Source of the DNA: Patellaria atrata CBS 101060
Taxonomy: Eukaryota
Assembly: GCA_010093705.1 (NCBI GenBank)
Contig: MU006099.1
Location: forward strand, 186,001 to 250,000
Direction: 5' to 3'
DNA: 64,000 nt
The translations under genes and the position numbers were made by a program. The notes under the pieces are model-generated. The model was not told where the DNA came from. It worked only from the letters and a program-made list of their open reading frames with translations, and did no database searches. Below are positions 52,774 to 63,265 of the stretch, piece after piece. Position 1 is the first letter of the stretch; each line of letters starts with the position of its first letter.

Positions 52774-53856
52774 TGCGAACGCTTGTGCTAACGAAGCTCT
52801 CGAAGGATGTGGTAAAGGGTGTCTGGAGAGGTTAAGACGGTCGTCAGAGCCGAGACGATATTCTCTTCCGTGTTGAGAGTTTAGGGGTAAGGTCTAGGAT
52901 AATTGATAAGCAACAACTATTAGGTAGAGTCAAGGTGCGCTTTACATTCGCTGGAAAATTTCCAACACTTGTTAGGAGTAAGTATATCGCGGAGAGTGAG
53001 CTTGAGTGATGAAGGGGTGGAGTGAGGTGGTAGTTCTATTAAAGGTAAGTGTGGCGTTTCCTGTTCTGCGCTGCCACACTAAGAAAGTTCCAGGTTCGGT
53101 TGGAGGTTGACGTCATGCGTCGCCAAACCATTTTAACCTCCTCCTGGACCGTACAAGTCAGCTTCAATTGTTCAATCCCAACCCATTCCTAATCTCATTA
53201 TTACGCATCAATCTTCATCAAAAATATAGCTTGTATCTCCATGCATTAGTTGAGTATCAGTTGAAAGTGTGAGTTCTCTTCAATTACTCCGTAATATCTC
53301 TACATATACCACGGTTTTGCTCCATCACGAAGTTGAAACCCAGTGGAAGACCAATCATATTAGCTATTCAAAAACTCTCAAGGCGAAATTCATCGAAAAG
53401 AAATAAATGTGTTATCGGGAAGAAAATCAAAATGGATAATCATGCATATCATTACAACCCTTAATCCAGCTAAAAGAATACCCTCAATTATTCGTTATCA
53501 AATCTAGGAAACCTTCAAGATCACTAAGTAATTTATGGCGGCCCTTTCAGATTCACGCGCGTCTAACTCCTGATTCTCATCATCATCATCATACTTATCC
53601 TCTAGGTCTTTCGCCTCGCAGTGTAGATCCTTTCTCTTCAGACCATTGACGCTCGTAGGGAGACTCTGGTAAATACATAGTCCGCCTTGCTCGTATGCTT
53701 CTGTGAGCTTCTTGAAAAGTCTCTTTGGCTATTTGTACATTCTGAGAGATGTCTTCGACCATCCCTAGGTTCCCTCCAAGAAGCAGGTCGTAAATCTCTG
53801 TCATGACAGCCACGACAGCATTTCTGAAAGTATTGTCGCGCCAGCCCTCAACCATT

Positions 53857-53956
53857 NNNNNNNNNNNNNNNNNNNNNNNNNNNNNNNNNNNNNNNNNNNN
53901 NNNNNNNNNNNNNNNNNNNNNNNNNNNNNNNNNNNNNNNNNNNNNNNNNNNNNNNN
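53857..53956. other. assembly gap (100 N)
   Basis: Run of N. Confidence 1.
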
Positions 53957-54309
53957 AAAAAGAGGTCCATAAGTTGAGAAGAAGAATACTGCTCCGTATC
54001 CGCGGAGGAAACCACTCCGGAGGCATACATTCTTGAGGCTCAGAAACACCATAGTCTTCGTAGGGGATGATCCTCCTCATCACCTCATCAGCTAGATAAA
54101 TGTAGGTGTGTAAATAGGTCCACCCATAAAATAGCTGCGAGACGAGTCTGAACCTAAGTCTTCTTGGTTCACAACGTCGATGACGGCAGACCTTCCCTGT
54201 ATAGTTCGTAGGTTTATGATTCCCAACGTGATACTATTGGTAAGAAAATCCTCGCCCTCAAACAAGCTCTTCCGAGTCTTTTCAAGTATGCTTTCAATAA
54301 TGCACTCTC

Positions 54310-54445
54310 GGCCTGTCCGAATCCTTTCAAGTCGTCGGTCTTCTTCTGCGTGAATCTCTCCAAGTCTCCGTTCTTGTGCCGTCCGAATCTCTTCAAGTCT
54401 CCGCTTTCCATCTGCCCGAATCTTTTCGAGTCCCCGCTGTAACTC
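54310..54445 (-). repeat. 33-bp tandem repeat, about 4 diverged copies
   Basis: RGLEKIRADGK / RRLEEIRTAQE / RRLGEIHAEED / RRLERIRTGRE. Confidence 0.7.
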
Positions 54446-54956
54446 CGCTTCGACTCATAGCATTTGGCGGGAGTTTTCGACTGTTCTAACTCGGAACCTC
54501 TTCTCCAGTTGGAAAAGTAGACGGACCGTATCGGTTACCTCAATCTCCGTAAAGATAATACCAAACCTTTGCATGCAGGTTTGGTAAACGTTCACTAACG
54601 AATTTGTTTTCTGAATGGGTATCTCGGAATCCTCTAGCACCTTTGCTGCCGACATCGTGATAGGTCTGATACGTAATTAAGAACACGAGGTAATGATAGA
54701 TACCAGTAGGGTCGTAGGTAATAATCTCTCCAATGCGCTCGACACGAAATGGGTTTTGTTTCTGAAAAGTAGAGATTTCGAGTTTTATTATTGATGCTTG
54801 TATATATCGGAGCTTGAACGGTGTGACACTTGAACGAAGATTGTAGCGTTTAGACTTCTATCGAATGGGTCAAACACCCAAATCACAAACGAGCCTTAGG
54901 ATGTGATAATTCCAATATACCCCCTATATCTCCAGCTCATCCATGGATGGTGTTTG

Positions 54957-55802
54957 CTACAATTTAATCCTACCACACATCACAACGTCCTCTCCAAACG
55001 GCTGCCACTTGACCTCCCCCAATTTCACAGCAGACATAGCATTCCCATCCTCCCCAAACCTCCTTGGAGGGGACACAACCACACCGCCCTCACCCAACCA
55101 CGTCGGGGCAATCGTAACAATAACCGAATCAACGAGGCCCTGATTCCCCACCTTCAAAAGCGAATTAATCACCTTCCCACCTCCCTCAACCATAACACTC
55201 CTAATGCCCTCCCTCCCCAACACCCTCAACACCTCCCCCCACTCAAGCCCCCGCTCCCCCATCCCCACCGTGATTAACTTCCCCCCACACCCCTCAAGCA
55301 CTCTCCTGCGGCCTTCATCCAGCTCCGCCGTGCCCGTGACGACATAAGGAGCACGGCCGCGCCCCTCCCTGGCCAGCACAAATACCTTGATCTCCTCGCT
55401 GAACGCCCACCGGCCATTGGGATCCAGAATCACGGGTCGCGGCTGTCCTTCCAGCCCTTCCCCGCCGTACCCTCCCACGCCCTCGATCCGGCAGTTGAGA
55501 GAGGGATCGTCGGCGATGGCGGTCCCGACACCGACGAGGATCGCATCGTGCCGCGAACGGAGGTAGTGCGTCATTGCTTTTGATGCGGGACCGGAGAGGG
55601 CGGTAGGGAGGCCGGGGGAGAGCGAGAGCTGGGAGTCCAGGGACGCGGCGAAGGTTAGGGTAATGTGGGGCTTGGTTGGGTTTGAGCTTAAGGGAATGTT
55701 TCTGGTTGGAGGGAGGTAATGTTCGAGGAATTCGCGGGAGGAGGGGGGGAAGTGGAGGGTATCCCTCGTTTTAGACAAAGAATAATTTTCAGGGTGAACC
55801 AT
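54957..55802 (-). CDS. RIB7: 2,5-diamino-6-ribosylamino-4(3H)-pyrimidinone 5'-phosphate reductase (RibD C-terminal domain)
   Basis: PHITLTFAASLDSQL, SKAMTHYLRSRHDAILVGVGTAIADDPSLNCR, QPRPVILD, SVMVEGGGKVI, TIAPTWLG. Confidence 0.92.
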   Translation of the reverse strand: MVHPENYSLSKTRDTLHFPPSSREFLEHYLPPTRNIPLSSNPTKPHITLTFAASLDSQLSLSPGLPTALSGPASKAMTHYLRSRHDAILVGVGTAIADDPSLNCRIEGVGGYGGEGLEGQPRPVILDPNGRWAFSEEIKVFVLAREGRGRAPYVVTGTAELDEGRRRVLEGCGGKLITVGMGERGLEWGEVLRVLGREGIRSVMVEGGGKVINSLLKVGNQGLVDSVIVTIAPTWLGEGGVVVSPPRRFGEDGNAMSAVKLGEVKWQPFGEDVVMCGRIKL

Positions 55803-56166
55803 TGTGGTAAGTTAAGCTAGGGATCTTTTTAAAATGAATTTATGGAGGGTTGTTGAAGGAGGAGGTGGAAGAGGGAATGTGTGGAGCTGTTTATAAGGTA
55901 AGTACTTTCTTTGTCTATAGATATTACAGCCACACCAGCCTTCGTAGTTACTCCCAGCCACCTGTGTGACCTTCCAGTTCCGAAATATGGAGCAAATTGA
56001 GATTACTCTTAGAAACATCATCTCACTCGCAAGCATTCAGTAACAGGGATTCTGAACAGGTAGACATACAAAGTAGAGCACAGTTTCTGCGTTACCCATT
56101 TTGATTTCCTCAATATTTAGTTAGATGAGAAGTATCCAGGATGGGATAGTGAGGCTATCAATTATC

Positions 56167-58359
56167 TCACTGAAAGCATGCTTCAATCTCACGCTTCGCA
56201 ATCCGTACTCCTTCCGAGAAATTCACCCTGCGGTCCCTACACCTTTTGACCTCTCTCAAGCATATCTCTAAACCTGCTCTCTCCCTTTCCGCGATACATC
56301 TTATCATCCCCAAATTCTCTCCCGAAAGAGGTAACGTGCCATCGGGTTCAGCAGCAAGAGAGTCATGGAGCCCAGTAAACGCACAAGCCATCCCGAGCAG
56401 CAAATCACAGTTCCTCGCGGGACTCATGGAGAGGTTTAGCATGTCTAGCGCAAATCGACCATCGGGTCCATCACTGATGACATCCCGGAGTCCTTGTGGA
56501 ATCGGCTTCCCGGCATCTCGCATCATGTCGATCCCGATCTCGATAAGGCCTGTGCAGCGTGTGCGTTGCAGTTCATCCATCCCAGCTACTCCGTCGGTTT
56601 CTTTCCGGAAGCCGTATTGGGCCCGAAGAATTGCGACTATAGCACAGGCCATGGTTGTGCAAGTCTTGAATGGGACCGAGACGAAGCCCTCTAAGAGGGA
56701 GATGTGGGCGAACCATATGGGGAGAAATTTATCCAGATTAACCGGTTGCCTTGTCAGAAATCTAGGTAGAGTCTGAGTTGTGATCATAGTACTATCTGGA
56801 GTGTTCTCATAATCCTCAGAGATTCGCTGGGAAGAGATTACTGGATAGTGTACTCGGGTATCAAGATTGCAGAACTCATCTCTTGAACATGGATCTTTTC
56901 CTCCTATAAAGTTCCAGTATGTCGCTGGTTCCACCGCAGATTGCTTACACGCATCAATCCAGTGCTCCAGCACTAACAGTTCATCCTCAGTAAACGCACC
57001 AAACATCTTACCGTTCCATTTCAGCTCCTTGACCAAGCGGCTCTTAGAGCTGTCTTCCATGTACACCCATGGTTTTGAGCTACTTAGAACTCTCAGAAAC
57101 CTATCAGCTTCGGCGTCTGAGGATAACGTTTCCGGATTCAGCCACTCATGGAGCAGTTTACCTCCAAATCTTACTTTGGACCCGCAGTGGAGTTTGTCGG
57201 AGACGGTTGATTTAGCTCTGAAGATTCTCTTCAGTTCCGTTGAGTATATGTTCTGTGAAGGAGGTATAATATCTTCTTGCTTTTCGATGAACATCGCGGA
57301 AAGAGAATAGCCTACTTGGACGCGCCTCCATGCGCTTTGAGCAGCTTGATCTCCTTCTAACTTTGACACATGTTGTAAATAGTCCAGAACGATCCTTGTA
57401 GCCATGGCTGTATGACCACTGTCGGAATTATCAATAGAGATGTGCAACAGAAAATATGAAGCGTCTATATTCATCTCTCTTAGTTCTTTGGCTGCTAATA
57501 AGGTATCCCATGTCAAACATTCGAAATGCATATTGAAGCCGAGAATCTCAGGCAAGAAGTCGTGCGGAAACAGAGATATGAGGAGCTGGGCTATGGCCGA
57601 TTTCCAGATACCTATATCATTGAGTCCTAGAGTTGGAGATACGAATTCCCTTGAATCGGCGTCTGGAATATGAGCATCGATACTATGCATGAGTTTCCGA
57701 TAAACTTCTGCGTGGTTTTTAGACAGATCACCATCTCCTAGCTCTTCTGAAAGAACTTGCCAGACATTTTTCGTTATGGATCGAAGTACGAAAGGGGTGC
57801 TTGCTCGATGGATATGGCCTAACCAGGCTCCATCTACGTACTTAGATGGTGCTCTTTGAATCAACCAAGTTTTTGCTTCTTCTGTAGTGGTTAATAACTC
57901 CCTCGGACCACCTTTTTCACGGCGTTTGATATATTTTTCATATCTTTGCCTTATCCTGTTGTTTTCTTTTTGAATAAACTGTTTGACTGATTCTGGATCA
58001 TAATGTGACATTTCTAATAATCCTCCGTCTTTCAATTTTCCCTTTTGAATCCCTTCAGCAAAGAGAGATATTAGTTCTGCTCTTGCATTCGGTATCACAG
58101 AAGGATAAAACTCAAGGTTATGTAACTTGTAGTACATCAATCTATAGTGGTCCAATTTATTGTCGTCGGTCGTAGCTTGAGTACTCTGGGGGCTCGACTT
58201 AATCCCTCTGTCAGACTTTGATGGCTTGACGTCTCTCTTATGCTGAATATCCTGAAATATCTCTCGTCGTGGTAAATATTTGTATAAAGATTGGGGTCTA
58301 CGGCAAAAATACAGCAACGAACTGAGAGCAGTGAGTACGAAGACAATGTTGAATGTCAT
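56167..58359 (-). CDS. heme-oxygenase-like diiron (iron-containing redox enzyme family) protein with N-terminal hydrophobic anchor
   Basis: 730 aa intronless ORF. VDGAWL, SEELGDG...NHAEVY, EILGFNMHFE and YFLLHISIDNSDSGH give an E/H/E/H/D/H ligand pattern. N-terminus MTFNIVFVLTALSSLLYFCRR. Confidence 0.8.
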   Translation of the reverse strand: MTFNIVFVLTALSSLLYFCRRPQSLYKYLPRREIFQDIQHKRDVKPSKSDRGIKSSPQSTQATTDDNKLDHYRLMYYKLHNLEFYPSVIPNARAELISLFAEGIQKGKLKDGGLLEMSHYDPESVKQFIQKENNRIRQRYEKYIKRREKGGPRELLTTTEEAKTWLIQRAPSKYVDGAWLGHIHRASTPFVLRSITKNVWQVLSEELGDGDLSKNHAEVYRKLMHSIDAHIPDADSREFVSPTLGLNDIGIWKSAIAQLLISLFPHDFLPEILGFNMHFECLTWDTLLAAKELREMNIDASYFLLHISIDNSDSGHTAMATRIVLDYLQHVSKLEGDQAAQSAWRRVQVGYSLSAMFIEKQEDIIPPSQNIYSTELKRIFRAKSTVSDKLHCGSKVRFGGKLLHEWLNPETLSSDAEADRFLRVLSSSKPWVYMEDSSKSRLVKELKWNGKMFGAFTEDELLVLEHWIDACKQSAVEPATYWNFIGGKDPCSRDEFCNLDTRVHYPVISSQRISEDYENTPDSTMITTQTLPRFLTRQPVNLDKFLPIWFAHISLLEGFVSVPFKTCTTMACAIVAILRAQYGFRKETDGVAGMDELQRTRCTGLIEIGIDMMRDAGKPIPQGLRDVISDGPDGRFALDMLNLSMSPARNCDLLLGMACAFTGLHDSLAAEPDGTLPLSGENLGMIRCIAERERAGLEICLREVKRCRDRRVNFSEGVRIAKREIEACFQ

Positions 58360-59595
58360 CTTCCAGAACCTAAGTCGCTCCCGGATCGTCTCTGGCTATG
58401 TGAGGCTGTCGAGTCTGACCAAGGTTTTGCAAACTGTTCCGAGATACAGTGGAATGAGACTTGATGAACGTAAAACGAACAGATTGAAAGAATGCTCCGT
58501 TCTCTTAAGGGGTTCCATAGAGTGAGGAAGGGAACAATTCAGACAGATACTTATATCGCATCAAGTCACGCATCATAATTGTAAAAGACTACTTATTCCC
58601 GTTTTCGATGCATTGCAGTGTGGATACACAAAAGGTATAGCTTTGCGGAAATGGTCGAACGCCATACATAATAGGAAAGTCTCATACGTTGTGAACGAGA
58701 GGCGTTTATGTTACGTTTGCCTCTTACTAGATGATCGGACTTTAGAGGGACCATCCGGCGAACTCTACACATAGATTCGTCATCACCGTAGCAAGGAGAA
58801 AGAAGGTGAAGAAAAATCGACTGTTAAGTGGATGAGGTAGCGCCCTGGCTGACCGCTGTGATGTAGCTGATGTATATCTGACTAAGGCTGATCCGTCAGC
58901 GTATGTAAGTCGCATTGAATATTCCGTTGCATCTCCGTCACAAGGTGATGCACTCGGTGAAATTTATCGTTTGTCGAATCCTCTATGTGCACTTGAATGT
59001 CCGTTACGGTGTTGTAAATCCCATCCATAGCCTCTAGTAAGGAGAAAACAGAACTATTTCTTGCAAGACTCCAAGGATTCTAGTGGTTCCCTAAAGCGGA
59101 AAATGCATTATTACTAGACAGCTTCAGTTTCCCAATGCCTCGGCGCCGGAATAACAATAATCGTCGGCCATGGACTAGACTGAATTGATACTATGACCAA
59201 GTACGGTAGCGTAAAGGGTAAAGCACGCGGGGTCTTGCCATGCTTCAGGACTTGTTGGTCAGTCTGATAGGGAAAAGTGGTGGCGATGGTAAATACAGAG
59301 TAATGCATCCGATCCGAGAACGATGGGCATATGTGGGACGTATATACAGTAAACCTGATGTTATTGAAGTAAGCATAGCAGACTGAAAAGGTCCACCCAG
59401 TACAAGTTCAGACATCCAAAATAAGCTCCATCCATGCTCTATGCAAACCCAGTGGTCAATATCAAATGTAGTCACAAACCCCGTGTCATTAAACCCATCA
59501 TCAATTCTCTTCTGATTATCTCGCTTGTGCGCTTTGCTAACCTTCCCACGAGATGTAAATGTGGCCCACAATAATCACTCCCGCTAAAAGGCTCA

Positions 59596-59733
59596 TCACA
59601 TCACTGTGCAAGGGATGATGCAGCACGAGCACTCGGAATCATCGCCGCAGGGGCAGGTGCAGCAACCCAGTGTCTTAGGTTTAACTGCGGAGGTGATGCT
59701 GGATGTCGCGGAGGAGGTGGTGATTTCTGGCAT
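59596..59733 (-). CDS. 45-aa Cys-rich CaaX peptide, copy 2: MPEITTSSATSSITSAVKPKTLGCCTCPCGDDSECSCCIIPCTVM
   Basis: Translated by hand. Good start context (tcaaaATG), tandem TGA TGA stop, probable 5'-UTR intron, paralog of 52642-52773. Confidence 0.87.
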   Translation of the reverse strand: MPEITTSSATSSITSAVKPKTLGCCTCPCGDDSECSCCIIPCTVM

Positions 59734-60438
59734 TTTGAAGGATTGGGGAACGTATTCTTGACTGCGAGAATCTGTTAGGTAGACTTCTTGAAGAAAGTTA
59801 GGTTGTGGATTAAGTCAGGGGAAGAATCAAAGTGTAAATAGACGTACCGTGTTGTAGCGTGAGTGAGCGAATAAACAGTCTGAATATAAGGATACGCTTT
59901 GCAAATTCGGTGTTCTTCGGGAAAGAGCAGTCACTTAAGGTAGGAGAGAAATATATACAGTTCGAAATTCTCGAGGATTCAGGTGTGTATCAGGTTTTAC
60001 GAATTCCCCAAATGTTGACGTAGCTTGGCCATTACCATTAAGGTACATAGGTATGCATTTCACGAGCCACACAGCACTAAAAATAGAATCAATCACTAGG
60101 CTATAATAGGCAATCGGGATTGACACAGCCACAAGTGCCCGAAGTCGGCTTCATTCGTATTCGATTTCGGACCGCTCGGGAATAAGTAGCGAATGCGAAA
60201 AGGGATGAAACATTATTCGGTTTGTGGTCCAAGGACACTATTGATGAATTCAATTTCTTCCTCAGATACTAATATAATCACACTAAGAAAACTGGATTTA
60301 GATCAAAGAACAGCTGACAATACTCATTATTCGCATCTGGTATAGACCACCCATCCATTCTACCTTCCCGCTTCATCTCTTTGTCTACCAGATGCATAAT
60401 AGTCAACAAGTTTGGCATTTCATTAAAATGGTGAAAAT

Positions 60439-62129
60439 CTAGACATCTCTCCTGGATTAAAAAATTAGCGAAGTTGAATCTGATACTCTTTTCGGCAACT
60501 ACGAACCATGTCATTCCCCCTCTCTCAATATAGGGCGTCTTGACTGCATTCTGATCTCCAAATGGATCATCTGGATCCGGTTCCTGAATATCATCTTCGG
60601 ATTCGCTTTCTTCAGCCCTTTGTTTCCCTGATATATCAGCTGAAGACATGGGGATACTTGTAGGCCTTGGAGGTTTGATGGGAGCAGTTTCGTTCAGGTT
60701 TAGTCCTGCAAGTGCTGCTTCGTTGCTACTATCCTTCACTGGAGACGATGAAAGGCCACGATATGCTTCAGTGTCACTATCACTGTCGTCGTCGATGCTC
60801 TTATCCATAATCTCAAACGCCATGAGCGCCTTAACAAGTTCATCGTTCGCAGTAAGTAAACTTCCAATCCATTGTTCAGATTCAATAAGCTGGATGTAGC
60901 GTAAAATTTGGCGACGAAGACGCTTGCATGTCTCAAATCGGGTTAGCACCTCCTGGTTTTCACTCACTCTTTGTTCCTCTCTATTTATCAGTTGCAATCC
61001 ATTTAACAAGTTGGTACTAGCGACTGATGCTGATGCGATGGTCTCAAGTAGCTGTTGCTTTTCCTTCTCCAAATTAAAGGATTTGTTCTTACTTTTCTTA
61101 TCTTTAGAAGACTTGAAGATAGATGAATTTGGTAACGGAGCAGCAGCAAGGGCAACAGGAGCAGCGGATGACGACGCCGTAGCATAGATGTTCGATGGTT
61201 TAGAGGTCTTTCGTGCATGTCCGCTTGTTATGGTAGTGGGTGAGCGGGGCGAGCCTGGTGAAGTTTCTTCAGCAGCTTCAGCTTCAGTCTCTCTGATAAC
61301 TTTCGATTGCGCCGGACGGGGTCTTCTTGTCTGGGGAAGTTGCTTATAAAGCGTAGCAATCCTGTCCAGTCCCGGTTTATTCTTGTACGCGTTGGCCCAT
61401 TGTCGAAAAAGTACGTTGCACTTTTGCCTCACTTCCGAATCTACCATGTCATCCTTGGCAAGGATTCGAAGGCGCTCAAGGAGGGGCTCATCCGCAAAAG
61501 CTCGTTGGAAGCGACTTCCAGCATTTTGGATCAAACCATCCAGAATGACTAATGCACGAAGTTGTTTATGGACACTTCCATATTTCCTTAAGTGGACGTC
61601 AACTTCATGCTTCTGATTTGAAAGACAAGGGACCTACAGTTTCTTACGAATTGCTCTTGCGGCTTCGGTTGGACCTGACTCTTGGATCCGAATGACCTCT
61701 ATGAGATCGACCAGACCGCCAAGGTCGTTCTCTTCATACTGTTCACTGGTAAGGCGGTCTATCTGGACCGTGATGGCGGAATAGGGTCTCTTCTGTTCGA
61801 TCAAGTCTTGTTTCAGTATAACGAAAATGACAGGTGTACAAGCACAGCGTTCGGATCCTTGCTCTCTGTAGAGGTTGCGATATGCACATTCATAAGAAGA
61901 TTCTTGGGACTATAGTGTGGAATAAAAGGAAAATATGGTAGGATCCGGATACCGAGTATCGAGTGGGACACGGTTGTGGTCACAGTGGTACTCGCATATG
62001 GATTACAAAAGCCTTACTGGAGAGTAAGAATTGAAATATATATTAGACAACGTGGATATCCATGGTTAGACCGTGATGAGAAGATATTGCAGGAATATAC
62101 AAGAATAGACATACCGAAGCTCCAAACAT
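60439..62129 (-). CDS. LSB5: VHS/GAT-domain endocytic adaptor Lsb5-like
   Basis: Short first exon MFGAS|, then KRPYSAITVQIDRLTSEQYEENDL...GPTEAARAIRKKL|KYGSVHKQLRAL. GAT-like IGSLLTANDELVKAL, DDPFGD. Last exon W|RDV* ends at 60439. Confidence 0.85.
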
Positions 62130-63265
62130 AGTTTCGCTAATTTACTAAACTAGATCGAATCACTGTCGTATGGTTTTTCTTGAAAATTCTCGACTTGATG
62201 AGGAATTCGATTATCCTATGAAGTCCGAATGTATAGTTCCGAGGACGCACAATAATACTACGGCGATAAGACAAGGCTGAAAGCATAGTGGAACACTATG
62301 AGGAGAACGTACTAATTCTGAATGTCTCCCATAGAATATCTTCCGAAGTTGGGCGTGGCTGATCCTTCTTTGATGGTAGTCTCCCGTGTTGATTTCCCGC
62401 GTGCCTATGAAGACTATCACAAGCGTATGCGTCCAGCTCCAGGACGAACTTGGAAAGACTTTATTGAGTACAGTAGAGCTAAAATGATCAGCTGTCTATC
62501 GGTTTCAGATCAACCAAGTTGCAACTGAAAAGCGAAATAGCATCCGAAGGAACAGAGGAAGACACTGAGTCAATGGAAGGCGACAGCTACGGTTGGTTGG
62601 GCGTTAGGTCCGTCGTAATGGGTGAGGCGAGCTTGCAGCTGATCGACGAAAGGACGGATAAGGTAAGCGCAGCTTTGACCAGGGTCTGTCTTGGCGAGAA
62701 GCAGATAATACCCACAACCTTAAACAGAAGTCACCACTGACCAGGACTCGACAGGAGGGTACAGTACCTTAGGTTACCTTACAGGTTCCCGTCAAGACTG
62801 AATTGTACTAATCAAAATATACTACCGTATATGGGCTATCTTGAGGCAAGTTAAACTTCCAAGATTATGTTTGAGATAACTTAGGTTGGTGCTGCCGTGT
62901 CCTATTATATCGATAAATTTCTCCCGACTTATCTCATTGTGCTGTTTCCCGTCCAATGGCCATAATGCTAAGTGCATCAAAGCATATCCGAATTGGTCGG
63001 GTCAAAGTACGTTAACGTACAAGGTGTTATCCATTGCGTTTCGTATGTAAGAGTTTTGTTACCATGTCTGGTTCCTGCTGGATTAGGCAAGCAGGGAAGG
63101 TACCTACCTCACTTTGGGGGAGCAAGGCGATTTTCAAAATTTTCACTCTTCAGTCTCACTACAATTGATTTGAATAACACTGTCGTATTTCTCTCATATA
63201 CTGGGGGAGGTGGACAAAATTGTACCAAGGGAGATATTGTAAGAAACGATGTCTCAGTACGATGG

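Larger units (their letters stand above)
53595..54655 (-). pseudogene. disrupted orphan gene with 11-aa repeats, spanning the assembly gap
   Basis: ORF 54455-54655 ends in TGA but the frame continues (VEAELQRGLEKIRADGKRRLEEIR...). A frame change near 54120 links it to ORF 53595-54083. Confidence 0.45.

Noticed and set aside
62322..62740. Small + strand ORFs upstream of LSB5
   Set aside because: Short, in different frames, with no convincing splice path or motif.
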